Assembly: GCA_963809485.1 (NCBI GenBank)
Contig: CAWEJX010000008.1
Coordinates: 256,001 to 320,000, forward strand
Direction: 5' to 3'
Source: an uncultured Acidobacteriota bacterium
GTDB taxonomy: Bacteria > Acidobacteriota > UBA6911
Length of the DNA: 64,000 nt
The notes below the pieces were generated by a model, which was given only the letters and a program-made list of their open reading frames with translations, was not told the DNA's origin and did not search any database. The position numbers and the translations under genes are program-made. Below, in pieces: positions 49,571 to 59,814 of the stretch (position 1 is the first letter of the stretch; every line of letters starts with the position of its first letter).

Positions 49571-49598
49571 TTTTTTGACTCGCCCTTCAGATCAGGGA

Positions 49599-51428
49599 TC
49601 AGTCGAGTCCAATCCCAGATTCTTCAAAGTTTCCGGCAAAGGTTTGCCGGTTTCCGGGTCCCAGCCCATCTGTTCGTAGTAGTTCCTGTCGCAAAGCTTC
49701 CCACTGAGCGGAGATGGATTTGCCTTGCGCCGGGCCGTCCACAGGGGTGGAGCCATAGCGAACGGACGGCGCCTCCATTTCTTTCGTCAATCCGTGCCGG
49801 AAATTAAACGCCCGGAATTGATTGACTATACGCCGCCCTGCATTCATAGCCTCCGGGATGTCAAAGCTCCAGCCTGTTATGATGTTCAGAGTCTCTATCG
49901 GCGATTTGAAATCCGGCATGCAAAAACGGCAGAGTGGCAGACTGTCCAGAAATTGCCCTTTGCCATTGAGCTTGGCATTCATGGTCGAGACTTCAATCGG
50001 ATTGAAGGGATCTTTGACCGGGTCCAATCCCAATTCGTCCGGTTTGGGAGCGCCGCCCGTCACCTCGATGGTGCCCGTATTGGACAGGCAGGTGTCGATC
50101 AGTTCCGGCCAGTTGGCGCGGTGGTCGTGCGTGCGCGGCGAAGCGCCTTTCATTGTGTACACGGCGCAGTTTGCGGCCTCTCCACCGATTTTTTCGGAAG
50201 CCCGCTTGACTCCTTCGGCCAGCATATTGCCGCATCCCTGACGGTGCGCGATTTTTTTCAGCATCTCCAGCACAGCCCCGCCGTTCCCCCACGTCATCTC
50301 CACGCCGTCAAGATCGTTCTTCTTCAAATACCCTTTCTCATAGCATTCCATGAGCCAGGCGATGACATAGCCGCTTTCGTTGATATCCATGCCGAGCCGG
50401 TCTACCTGATTGCACAGAAAGATGGTTGTCGCAGGATCCGTCTGGCCGATCAAAGATCCCATGGCAGCCACTCCTTCATAATCGGGCTCCTCCCCCTTAA
50501 AACCGGCATAGGGTCCTTCATCAATCTGAATAGCGCAGGTGTGGCCCTTGCGGCACGCCCAGCATGGCGTAGCTTTGGTTTTAAAATTTGCACGAATGGA
50601 TTGACCGGTGAATCTTTCAAATTCCGGGAAATTACTGGTGGTGTAATTTCTGACCGGAAGCCAGCCCAGTTTCTTTGCCAGCCCGACCAGGTCGGCTGTG
50701 CCGTATTGAAAAAGCGGATTTTGAGATTCATGGAAATTTTTGACGAATTCCTTGACCGCTTCCGCATGGCGCGCCGGATCGGCGACCTCGATGGTCTGGT
50801 GTCCACGCTCTGCGGCAATGGCTTTCAGCTTCTTGGATCCCATGACCGCGCCCAGCCCGTTGTGGGCTGCAACATGCCCATGGTCGCCAAAAATGGCGGC
50901 ATAGCGCACCAGGTTTTCTCCCGAGGGCCCTATGCCATAAACGCTGCACTGCTTGCCCAATCGGGCCCGGACTGCATCTTCGGTCTCCAGGGTATCCTTT
51001 CCGACTAAGTCCCGGGCATCGCACAGTTCGGCAGTGCCGTCATGAATATGCAGATAGCACCACTCCTTGGCCGCGCCCTGGACGACCACCCCGTCGAATC
51101 CGGAAAATTTCAGATAGGTGCCGAAAAAGCCGTTCGCCTGGGACGATCCGGCCATATTGGTCATCGCTCCCTTGCTGACGACCGATATCATTCCCGATCC
51201 CGCATAGCGCGTGCCGCCGAACGGACCGGAAAAAAACAGCAGCCGGTTTTCCGGGTCCGACCATCCCACACCCGGAGGCACTTCATCATAGAGATACCTG
51301 GCTCCCAGGCCCGCGCCCCCGATGAATTTTCGCAAAATGGATTCGTCCAGCGACTCTTCCGTGATCTTTTTGCGGCTGAGGTCCACGCGCAGGACCCGCC
51401 CCAGATAACCCAACGTACTCTTCGCCAT
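49599..51428 (-). CDS. aldehyde:ferredoxin oxidoreductase family protein (indel near the 3' end)
   Basis: GYLGRVLRVDLS, GAVMGSKKLKAI, CWACRKGH, EPDYE, LGMDINE. The expected C-terminus (NYYEQMGWDPETGKP) is in a shifted frame. Confidence 0.9.
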   Translation of the reverse strand: MAKSTLGYLGRVLRVDLSRKKITEESLDESILRKFIGGAGLGARYLYDEVPPGVGWSDPENRLLFFSGPFGGTRYAGSGMISVVSKGAMTNMAGSSQANGFFGTYLKFSGFDGVVVQGAAKEWCYLHIHDGTAELCDARDLVGKDTLETEDAVRARLGKQCSVYGIGPSGENLVRYAAIFGDHGHVAAHNGLGAVMGSKKLKAIAAERGHQTIEVADPARHAEAVKEFVKNFHESQNPLFQYGTADLVGLAKKLGWLPVRNYTTSNFPEFERFTGQSIRANFKTKATPCWACRKGHTCAIQIDEGPYAGFKGEEPDYEGVAAMGSLIGQTDPATTIFLCNQVDRLGMDINESGYVIAWLMECYEKGYLKKNDLDGVEMTWGNGGAVLEMLKKIAHRQGCGNMLAEGVKRASEKIGGEAANCAVYTMKGASPRTHDHRANWPELIDTCLSNTGTIEVTGGAPKPDELGLDPVKDPFNPIEVSTMNAKLNGKGQFLDSLPLCRFCMPDFKSPIETLNIITGWSFDIPEAMNAGRRIVNQFRAFNFRHGLTKEMEAPSVRYGSTPVDGPAQGKSISAQWEALRQELLRTDGLGPGNRQTFAGNFEESGIGLD

Positions 51429-51541
51429 TGTATAGCCCCCGAAAATCCTGCAATTGGCTGCCTAAATGCTAAAAGCCGATTGGCTCTGAATATGGATCGA
51501 ATTGCGACCAAATCCGATCCAACGATGCAACGATTTGATGC

Positions 51542-51967
51542 CTAAAACTTGACCCTGGGGATCTTGTCTTCTTTCATGCTGTCCGCCATCGTCCAAAAGT
51601 AGGCTTCACCGGTGTATATCTTGAAAACGGCAAGCAGCGGATTGTCCGGCTCGGTTATGCCGAAGTTTTTTAAGAAGGGTCGCTCCTGGATGCATTTGGC
51701 CCTTACTTCAGGATCGTCGATAAACTTGATTTTCCCTGATACCCTCATGACCTTGCTGAAATCCTTGGCGTTGAAATAGACCTCAACGTTAGGATTCTTT
51801 TGCAGTTGTTTGCACATGGCCTTGACGGATTGCGCCTGAAAATAAAATCCCGTCTCATCCGCATACCACATGCCCAGGCATCGGACTCGTGGCTGGTCTC
51901 CGTCAACCGTGGCCAGGTAACAAGCCTTGTTTTCATTGGCAAATTCCGCGTATTCCTTCAGGCTCAT
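51542..51967 (-). CDS. pyridoxamine 5'-phosphate oxidase-like FMN-binding protein
   Basis: YLATVDGDQPRVR, QLQKNPNVE, MRVSG. Confidence 0.88.
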   Translation of the reverse strand: MSLKEYAEFANENKACYLATVDGDQPRVRCLGMWYADETGFYFQAQSVKAMCKQLQKNPNVEVYFNAKDFSKVMRVSGKIKFIDDPEVRAKCIQERPFLKNFGITEPDNPLLAVFKIYTGEAYFWTMADSMKEDKIPRVKF

Positions 51968-52204
51968 ATTTTACTCCTTCCCGAATAATGGGCAGAAAGC
52001 ATTGACCGCAGCCTTGCGCAATCTTCCTGCACGATATTAGGATTATCATACAAAATTGCGTCTATACATCAATATTTGGGGATGTTTCAAGGCTTGGAGT
52101 CTTTGCGGATACCGGCCGATCCCAAAGCTTTCAATCCTCAGGATGTCCGGAAGCGCAATGAACCGGCCACCGGATCTGTCGCCGCAATATTCAGGAAAAC
52201 CGGA

Positions 52205-54646
52205 TCAGGCTTTGCCGAGAGCTTTGAGAATCCCGCATGGGGTAACGGGGTAATTCTCCACCCATACGCCTGTTGCGTTGTGAACGGCGGGGGCCAGCAG
52301 CGACGGCACAACGGTTGCGATATCTTCGGCGATCCCGATGGCTCCGTAGGGGCCATAACCCATTCCCGTTTCTACCAGCAGGGTATCGACAGAGCCAATG
52401 TCCTCAATGGTGGCTATTTTGTAATCGAGGAGATTGCCATTCAACAGGACGCCTGTGGCCGGGTCGTGGACAACTTCTTCGCTCCGGCTCCTTCCCACCG
52501 CCATATAGGATCCTCCGTACTGCTGCCCTTCGCATCCCTCCCAGCTTATGACCTTGCCGACATCATTGACGTTTACGACTCTGGTGACTTCCACTTCGCC
52601 CGTCTCGGTATCCACTTCCACTTCCATAAAATGAGCCTGACGGCACATCCGCAGGCGAACGCTCGCATACGCCCCCTGCTGTACCTGCCAGCCGCAGGCG
52701 AACAACGGCTCTGTGAAATTGCTGCGCTGGGCGCCTTTTCCCATCTCCGGCACGCTGCACAGCGGGCCCTCCCCGCCGGCGGGTCCGACGAGATCGGCAA
52801 TAGACATCCGCACGGATGGATCATGCTTGGCAAAGATGATGCTGTCTTTTATGTCCAGATCCTCCGGCTTCATCCCGGGGAATGCCGCCGGGAAGCTGCC
52901 TCGCGAGGTTTCGCCGCGGGGTTTCGTCGCAACCTCGAGGATCTGCCGCTTCAGCAGTCTGGCCGCATTCCGTATCGCATAGCCGTTCACCGACAGATTG
53001 GTCGATGAATCCGGAGTCATGGTAAAGAAGCCCGGATCGATGTGCGGCCGGTAAAAGACATCCTCGATCTTCATGCCCAGTTCGTCAGCGGCAATCTGGC
53101 AATAGGTCGTTTCGGAATTAAGGCCTATGTCACACCGCATTCCCAGGACGTTTGCCGTGCCGTCCCTGCGCTCAATCCGGATGGCGAGTTCGCTGGATCC
53201 GGAAGAATCCTCCCACTCGTGGGTCCAGGCGAAAGCCATTCCGTGCATCCTGCCGTTCGGCAGCCGTCGGGCTCCCGGCGGATGATATTTCTTGTCCCAT
53301 CCGATCGCCGCCTTGCCCTTATCGATGCACTCCCGCAGGCTGTCCCGTACCGGGAAACCCAATTCGGCCTTGCGCTGATTGAGCCATTCCATGCCGCGGC
53401 CTTCGGCGCCGTCGTTCTTGAGCGCTACATCGATCGGGTCCATGCCCAACGCGGCCGCAACATGCGCGCAAATCAGCGTGAGAGTCAGGGCATTGGAATT
53501 CTGTTCGCAGCGCACGGGAACTGTGGGACCTTTGTTGACCAGAATCGCGTCCAGCTTGCAGTCAAAGTTGGGGATTCTGGTGTTCTCTCCCATGTGATGA
53601 AACGCGCCGAATACGGGGAACCACTGGTTGACGACCTGCGCCCTCCCCTGCACCGCCGTGATGGTTCCATCCTTTTGGGCTCCTACCTTGACATGATAGG
53701 TTCCTTCATCCATCTCCCCGCCGTAGAAGTCCTCCCTGCGGTCGAAAATCCATTTCACAGGCTTGCCCGTCCTCTTCGCCACAAGCGCCGCGCAATAGTA
53801 AGGCCCCATCATCCAGGAACAATGGCTCCAGCCGCCGAAACTTGCACCCTGGTACGGGCAGTGAAGCTGGATCCTGTTCATGGGAATGCCGCCGAACCAG
53901 GAAGCAATGACGTTTTTGCTGACCAGGGGATGCTGTTGCTTCAGCCAGACTTCCGGGTATTCGCCGTTCCAGCGGACGATGCCGCAGGGACGCTCGGGCC
54001 CCATCCAGGTATTGGCGGTTCTTCTGGCCTTGAATTCGATGATGGTGTCCGCTTCGGCGAATCCATGATGGACATCCCCGTGCTGTTCGACATCAAAAAA
54101 GCCTTCATTATAAATATTGCTTTGCGGATACATTTCCGGATTTGCCAGAGGCGCCCCATCTTTGGCTGCTTCCTCGTGGTCCAGAACGAAGGGAAGCTCC
54201 TCCCATTCCACCTCGATCAGTTTCAGAGCTTCATCGGCGATGCTTTCGGAATCCGCTGCAACGAACGCCCCGACCTCCTCCCCCTGAAAATAGGCGATAC
54301 CGGGGAACACGGTAACCGAGTTTGGAACATGGCCTCCCAGGTTCGCCAGAGCCGGGATCTCGGGATCGTCATATCGGAGCACTGCCCTGACACCGGGATA
54401 TGCCTCTGCTTTTGCCGTATTCATGCCCCTGATTCTGGCATGCGGATAGGGTGATGTAAGGAATTTGGCAAAAAGCATCCCGTGAAGCTGCAAATCGAGA
54501 GTGTAGATGGCGCGCCCGCTCGCCTTTTCATATCCGTCCAGCCGGCGGACCCCGCGCTTTCCTATCGAGTTGTATCGGCTCAGCGGGTATTTGTCAGATC
54601 TCAGGTTGTCCAGCAGTTCCAAGATTTTTTGCATTTCTTCGCTCAT
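52205..54646 (-). CDS. xanthine dehydrogenase family molybdopterin-binding subunit
   Basis: RRLDGYEKASGRAIY, SPYPHARI, GASFGG, AHFMEVEVDTETGEV, DVGKVI, GIAE, AVHNATG. Confidence 0.92.
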   Translation of the reverse strand: MSEEMQKILELLDNLRSDKYPLSRYNSIGKRGVRRLDGYEKASGRAIYTLDLQLHGMLFAKFLTSPYPHARIRGMNTAKAEAYPGVRAVLRYDDPEIPALANLGGHVPNSVTVFPGIAYFQGEEVGAFVAADSESIADEALKLIEVEWEELPFVLDHEEAAKDGAPLANPEMYPQSNIYNEGFFDVEQHGDVHHGFAEADTIIEFKARRTANTWMGPERPCGIVRWNGEYPEVWLKQQHPLVSKNVIASWFGGIPMNRIQLHCPYQGASFGGWSHCSWMMGPYYCAALVAKRTGKPVKWIFDRREDFYGGEMDEGTYHVKVGAQKDGTITAVQGRAQVVNQWFPVFGAFHHMGENTRIPNFDCKLDAILVNKGPTVPVRCEQNSNALTLTLICAHVAAALGMDPIDVALKNDGAEGRGMEWLNQRKAELGFPVRDSLRECIDKGKAAIGWDKKYHPPGARRLPNGRMHGMAFAWTHEWEDSSGSSELAIRIERRDGTANVLGMRCDIGLNSETTYCQIAADELGMKIEDVFYRPHIDPGFFTMTPDSSTNLSVNGYAIRNAARLLKRQILEVATKPRGETSRGSFPAAFPGMKPEDLDIKDSIIFAKHDPSVRMSIADLVGPAGGEGPLCSVPEMGKGAQRSNFTEPLFACGWQVQQGAYASVRLRMCRQAHFMEVEVDTETGEVEVTRVVNVNDVGKVISWEGCEGQQYGGSYMAVGRSRSEEVVHDPATGVLLNGNLLDYKIATIEDIGSVDTLLVETGMGYGPYGAIGIAEDIATVVPSLLAPAVHNATGVWVENYPVTPCGILKALGKA

Positions 54647-54850
54647 AGAATCACCCTCTCCCATGGAACCGACCACCCGGGCAGGCCAATGATGAGTTTT
54701 TCACAACTGGCTGTCAATTGGAGATTCTTCCGTGCCTGGGGTGAGGCCGAAGGATACGTCGGGAGCGTCTCCTTGGCTCTTGCACGCCGACCGTCGTTCT
54801 GTTGATCAGTGTTCGTCAGCGTTTGGTCCTTGTATGCCGGCGTTAAGCGA

Positions 54851-54905
54851 TCCTGGAAATGTCAAACTCTATGAGTTCCCCGGCAGAGCCGGGGATGACG
54901 GGTTT
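54851..54905 (-). mobile_element. solo IS200-type left-end remnant
   Basis: Minus strand CCCCGGCTCTGCCGGGGAACTCATAGAGTTTGACATTTCCAGGA matches the end of the 390-bp element family. Confidence 0.55.
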
Positions 54906-54907
54906 AT

Positions 54908-56474
54908 TTACTCGGACACCGGCGCCGATGGTTTGCCGCGAGGGCGCCGCATGAGATAGCAGACCGGCACGAACGTGACCATAATGAATCCCATGAGGCG
55001 AAAGATATCGTTAAAGGTCAGGATCGAAGCCTGCTGTTGAACCGCCATCCATAGAGTACCCTGGGCACGCTGGAGGGCCGTTACCGGGTCTGCACCCTGG
55101 GTCGTGAATGCTCCCTGAAGCTGGCGCAATCTTTCCTGCGTAAGCGGATCGTAGGGGGAAACATGAGCACCGAGGATGTTGGTATGGCGTTGCCGGCCGC
55201 GGGCCATCATGGTCTGGGTGGACGCGATACCGACGCTGCCGCCGATATTCCTCATGAGGTTAAAGATACTGGTGGCGTTCCCCATATTCTCGTTGGAAAT
55301 TGGATCCATGGTCGCCGTGGTGATAGGAACGAAGAGCAGGTTGAAGCTGGCGCCCTGTATTACCTGCGGCCAGAAAAAATCCCAGTAACCGGCCGTCATG
55401 TCCAACAACGAAAACCAGTATAGAGTCACAGCCCCGGCGGCGAATCCGGAAGCCATAAGCAGCCGGGCATCCACCCGTCCAATCAGTATTGCCACGACCG
55501 GCGTCATCAGCAGCATTCCCAGTCCGCGGGGAACCATGGCGATGCCTGCCTGCAACGGGGGGTATTGCAGGAGCATCTGAAGCAGAATCGGAAAGATAAC
55601 CATGCTGCCATAAAGCACGAATCCCGTCATCGTCATGAGAAACACACCCGTCGTATAGGTGGGCTCTCTGAAAATCCGCAGGTCGATGACAGGAGCGCGC
55701 GCGAACAGTTCGCGGATCAGTAAACCCACGAGCGAGATGCCTGCCAGGACCAACATTGACGTAATCCAGTTGGATGCCAGCCAATCCTCTTCCTGCCCCT
55801 GGTCCAAAGCAACCTGCAGGGCCCCGATTCCCACAACCATCAAGACGATGCCCCAATAGTCTATTCGTGCGGTTCCCCGGCGGATGTAGGATAGGGTCGT
55901 AAACAAATCGCCGGATCATCATCAGTGCAGCTATGCCAATCGGGATATTAATGTAGAAAATCCATCTCCAGGAGTAGCTGTCTGTTAGCCAGCCGCCGAG
56001 CACCGGACCAAATATGGGAGCGACGACGATGCCAACACTCCAAACGGCCATGGCACGGCCTCTTTCGTGCGGCGGAAAGGATTCCAGCATGATTGCCTGA
56101 GAGAGCGGCTGCATGACTCCACCCGACACGCCCTGGATGACCCGGAAGGCGATCAGCATGGGGAGGCTTAAGGCGAAGCCGCAGAAGAATGAAGCCACAG
56201 TAAAACCTACCACGGCGATCTGCAGCAGCCGGCGGCGGCCGAAGTAGTTTGCCAGCCATCCCGTAATGGGTATGATGATCGCGTTGGCCGCCAGATAGGT
56301 CGTCAGCACCCAGGTTGCTTCTTCGACGGTCGCAGAGAGGTTCCCGGCAATATAGGGCAGGGAAACGTTGACGACGGTGGAATCGAGAATCACCATGAAG
56401 GTGCCCGCAAGCACCGAGATCCCTACGAGCCAGGGATTGACGTTATGTTCTGCAGTAACTTCAGGGTCCGCCAT
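54908..56474 (-). CDS. DHA2 (EmrB/QacA) MFS efflux permease (frameshift near 55893)
   Basis: FMVILDSTVVNVSLP, WVLTTYL, APIFGPVLGG, WRWIFYINIPIG, FNLMRNIGGSVG. Confidence 0.9.
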
Positions 56475-56675
56475 CAGGTTTTCCCGCAATCATTGAAAGG
56501 GAGCGCTCGGCGAATGCAAGCGCTCGAGGATTACTTTTGGATCTATTTCCGTGCTGAAGTCCCCGTGTTCATCAACACTTTTGTCAGCGTTATAAAATCC
56601 CGGAGCTTTCAGACTACAGAGGCTCTCCGCAAATCAGGGGAAGTATCAATAAATTTCTCAAACAGGCAGCTATGG

Positions 56676-57119
56676 TTATTTTGCCCCGATCCTCTTCAGC
56701 TCGGCTTGACTCAGAGCTATTCTTGCGGCGGCCAGCCTTGCATAATACTTTCGGATTTTCTCCGTGTTCCCTGCCGCGACCGCCTTCACCAGATCGCCTT
56801 CCAATTCGGCGACCTCCAAAAGCCTGTAATAATCCAGTGATTCCTTGAAATGAGCCAGCACTATGAGCCCGGTGAGGATGGGATGGTTGTTGGTCACGTT
56901 GGCATCCTTGAAGCGAATGCCATGTTCCAGTTCCACCTCCAAACCTGCACGAAAATCCTCCGGGGCGATCTTCATCTTTGAGGTATTCACCTTCGCCAGG
57001 ACCGTTTTCCCCTCCCGGGGAAGCACTTTGGCCGCAGCCAGTTTGGTCCAGTCCCTGATCTTGAGTTCCTTGCAGATCCGTTTTACTTCTTCAGCTGTTA
57101 CATATTGTTGAATTTTCAC
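56676..57119 (-). CDS. DUF5661-like protein
   Basis: GLEVELEHG...NVTN...IVLAHFKESLDYY. Confidence 0.7.
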   Translation of the reverse strand: MKIQQYVTAEEVKRICKELKIRDWTKLAAAKVLPREGKTVLAKVNTSKMKIAPEDFRAGLEVELEHGIRFKDANVTNNHPILTGLIVLAHFKESLDYYRLLEVAELEGDLVKAVAAGNTEKIRKYYARLAAARIALSQAELKRIGAK

Positions 57120-57686
57120 TTCCGTAGATCCCTTTCTTTGAGCGGATCGGAACGGTTCGCTTCCAGGTTCCCTGCTACTTTGCCTCTGCTCCGTTTATTT
57201 ATCCACGAAGACATCCAAATGGATTCATCCTCATGCACGCTCGTCATATTAGCCGCATTGCCGCATCAGAGCAACACCGGTTGATTCTCTTAAAACACAC
57301 TCCAACGGAACCGTGTTCGCCCGCGCCTCATGAATCGAGGGAAAGAGCCATCCCGAAAACACGATTTTCGCTGCCATAAGTCCGCAGTTAATATGGTATA
57401 CATCCATCCCTCCGTGAATGCCATGCGAGGAATCGAGTCCTTTGCTCATGCGGCATCCGGAGTGGCGGAGGGCGACGGTGCTTTTCACGCGTCTGTAATC
57501 CGTCCATGTTTTTGTAAAAATGCTGTCTGCCTGAAATGCAGGTGCGGAAGAGGCGTATTATATTTATCAGGGAAATAGAGGCTGTGGAATCCCGGGAGGG
57601 GCTAAATCCCGATGCCTTCATTGAAAAAAAGCGATGTGGGCTAAAATTCCCCTGAACCTGATAGATATTGAAGGCACTGATTATCG

Positions 57687-58166
57687 ATGAGGCCAGGTAA
57701 TTTTCTTGAATCGGCCAACAAAAAACTGCTGGCTTTTATTACAGCGGGGCTTACACCTGAACGGCTTGCCCTTTGCATTGCTTTGGGCATTGCTCTGGGA
57801 ACAGTGCCTGCACTGGGGACAACAACGCTCTTGTGCACCCTTGCTGCTTTCCTCTTTCGGCTGAACCTGCCGGCCGTCCAGCTCGCAAACTTCATGGTTT
57901 ACCCGCTTCAGCTTGCGTTGCTGATCCCCTTTATCCGCGCAGGCGAATGGCTGTTCGGCGCCAAACCCCTGGACCTGTCCCTGGGACTGATCCAGCGCAT
58001 GATGGAGGCCGATTTCCAGGCAACGGCCACTCATTTATGGATGGCCACCTTGCGGGCGTTGCTGGTCTGGGTAATGCTCGCTCCGTTGGTGATGGGCCTA
58101 GTCTATCTATCTGTGGTTCCGATCCTGCGAAAGCTGAAGATGCAGCGGCTCGATGCCCGGCCGTAA
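57687..58166 (+). CDS. DUF2062 membrane protein
   Basis: GLTPERLALCIALG...RLNLPAVQLANFMVYPLQLAL. Confidence 0.85.
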   Translation: MRPGNFLESANKKLLAFITAGLTPERLALCIALGIALGTVPALGTTTLLCTLAAFLFRLNLPAVQLANFMVYPLQLALLIPFIRAGEWLFGAKPLDLSLGLIQRMMEADFQATATHLWMATLRALLVWVMLAPLVMGLVYLSVVPILRKLKMQRLDARP

Positions 58167-58269
58167 GGACAGGCAAGTTATTAGCTTAACCACCTTCACG
58201 CTGGCATACACTGATAAAACCCCGATAAACGCCTGGCAATAATTATGGACCAGCACTTCGCGAGACCGG

Positions 58270-59562
58270 CTAGCGTAGGAAAACGAGGGAGTCATCCGCG
58301 ACCTTAACCGGAGATCTCCTTCGGTGGCCCTTGAATACATCTATCGCCGCAAGGATGCCATTTTCGACAATCAGAATTTCACTGTCATTTATCCATCCCA
58401 CCAGGGTTGCATGACGGAGCAGCGCGATCGTTTTGGAGGGAGCGTCCGCACGAACAACTTCGACCGCAGGCAGGTCCGCAATCGATTTCTGTATCCGCGC
58501 CAGTTCGTCGGGGTTTGGCTTGCCTTCGTCCGCCAGCCGGATCTCATTCCCAGGCATTGCTGTGGAAAGGATTGTCATTGCAATCGATCTCAAATCAGGT
58601 GAGAACCTTGAATTTGACGTGAAAAAGCTGACGTCGTAGTTGGGATTCCGATATCGCCTCAACTCGTCGAAAAGGACGGTTTCTCTTCCATCAGAGTACA
58701 GGATCGTCTGGTCATCACCGGCATTGTCCCATCCGCAACAGGCTCCGTCGAGAGCGCGATATATGATGCTGGCTCCTCCGCGCGCCGCATCCTCAACCTT
58801 TTCCAGCGCCCTGGGCAGTTTGTGCTCGGACCACACGGAGCCCCGTCTTCGAAAGAGCGAGCTGGATTCATAAGTTGCGCCGATCTGCCCGGGTATCCAT
58901 CGGGTAACCAGGAAAAAATCATCCACTCCTTCATCGGGAAACCAGAAAGATGCTTCGGGACAGGTTTCGGAACAATCCCCCGTGGCGCACTTGCACTCAG
59001 GGAATGCAGACCCGGCGATCTGCACCCGGTTTTCGTCCGCCAAACCGGATCGATATGCACGCCAGGTTGCAGAGACTGACGACACATCCGCGTCGCCTTG
59101 ATTCTTCCGCATCCGGAATTCGTTCTCGAACCAATATATAGCCCCGCCATCAGCCGAAAGAGCGCATCGTTGCCTGCGTTCCACCATCGTCTCTCCGCTG
59201 GCTCCCGCCATGGAAGAAGGTCTAGGGATCGCAGCATGATCGATGGAAACAGCCTTCCGGCCGTTCCAGAACCAGGTTTTTGCAGCAGGGGCATTTTGCA
59301 GCATGCCGATTGGGACTGCTTCCTGAGCCGGGCCAAACAGCATCTGTGCGTGTCTGTTGACTGCAAAGCCTTGAGGATCGCGGGACATTTCTGAAGGAAG
59401 ATTTATTAAACTCCTTACAGCCCATGTTGAGGGATCGATTTCCGCAATTTCTCCAGAACGGCTCAATACCCATAAACGTTTCCCGGATTGCGTTGCCGCT
59501 GCAGGATTGAAGGCTATCAGGCTGAAAAAGATAAGTGCGGCAATTCCTGCTTTAGGATTCAT
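58270..59562 (-). CDS. exported hypothetical protein (possible beta-propeller, Cys cluster)
   Basis: 430-aa ORF with signal peptide and a CKCATGDCSETC motif. Confidence 0.65.
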   Translation of the reverse strand: MNPKAGIAALIFFSLIAFNPAAATQSGKRLWVLSRSGEIAEIDPSTWAVRSLINLPSEMSRDPQGFAVNRHAQMLFGPAQEAVPIGMLQNAPAAKTWFWNGRKAVSIDHAAIPRPSSMAGASGETMVERRQRCALSADGGAIYWFENEFRMRKNQGDADVSSVSATWRAYRSGLADENRVQIAGSAFPECKCATGDCSETCPEASFWFPDEGVDDFFLVTRWIPGQIGATYESSSLFRRRGSVWSEHKLPRALEKVEDAARGGASIIYRALDGACCGWDNAGDDQTILYSDGRETVLFDELRRYRNPNYDVSFFTSNSRFSPDLRSIAMTILSTAMPGNEIRLADEGKPNPDELARIQKSIADLPAVEVVRADAPSKTIALLRHATLVGWINDSEILIVENGILAAIDVFKGHRRRSPVKVADDSLVFLR

Positions 59563-59814
59563 GAACCCACCTTGCGCGGCAGTCTGGTTCTTGTCTATCT
59601 ATATTATCATCGTCCTTAAACGACAGACACCTTTGGGCAAGGGTATTAAGTGGTTGGCAGCTCCAGGAAGAACAGCGTCAAAAGGCGAAGGAAGCAGGGA
59701 TTCGTACCGCAGTTTCCTGCGGAAACATAGGATTAAAACCCCGAGGGGGGCTTTGGGAACCCTGGAGATCAAGCCCCAAAACTCCAGGATCCCGTAGATT
59801 CCGATCAAGATGCT

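Noticed and set aside
36360-54454. Long + strand ORFs (e.g. 36360-37706, 39712-41157, 49725-51008, 53042-54454)
   Set aside because: They are antisense shadows of well-supported minus-strand genes and show no motifs.
57121-57680. Possible small ORFs or riboswitch in a long intergenic region
   Set aside because: I recognised no aptamer, RBS-supported ORF or repeat.
59600-59800. Hairpin-rich intergenic segment as an ncRNA
   Set aside because: Only one imperfect stem (CCTGGAG...CTCCAGG), single copy, with no recognisable family.
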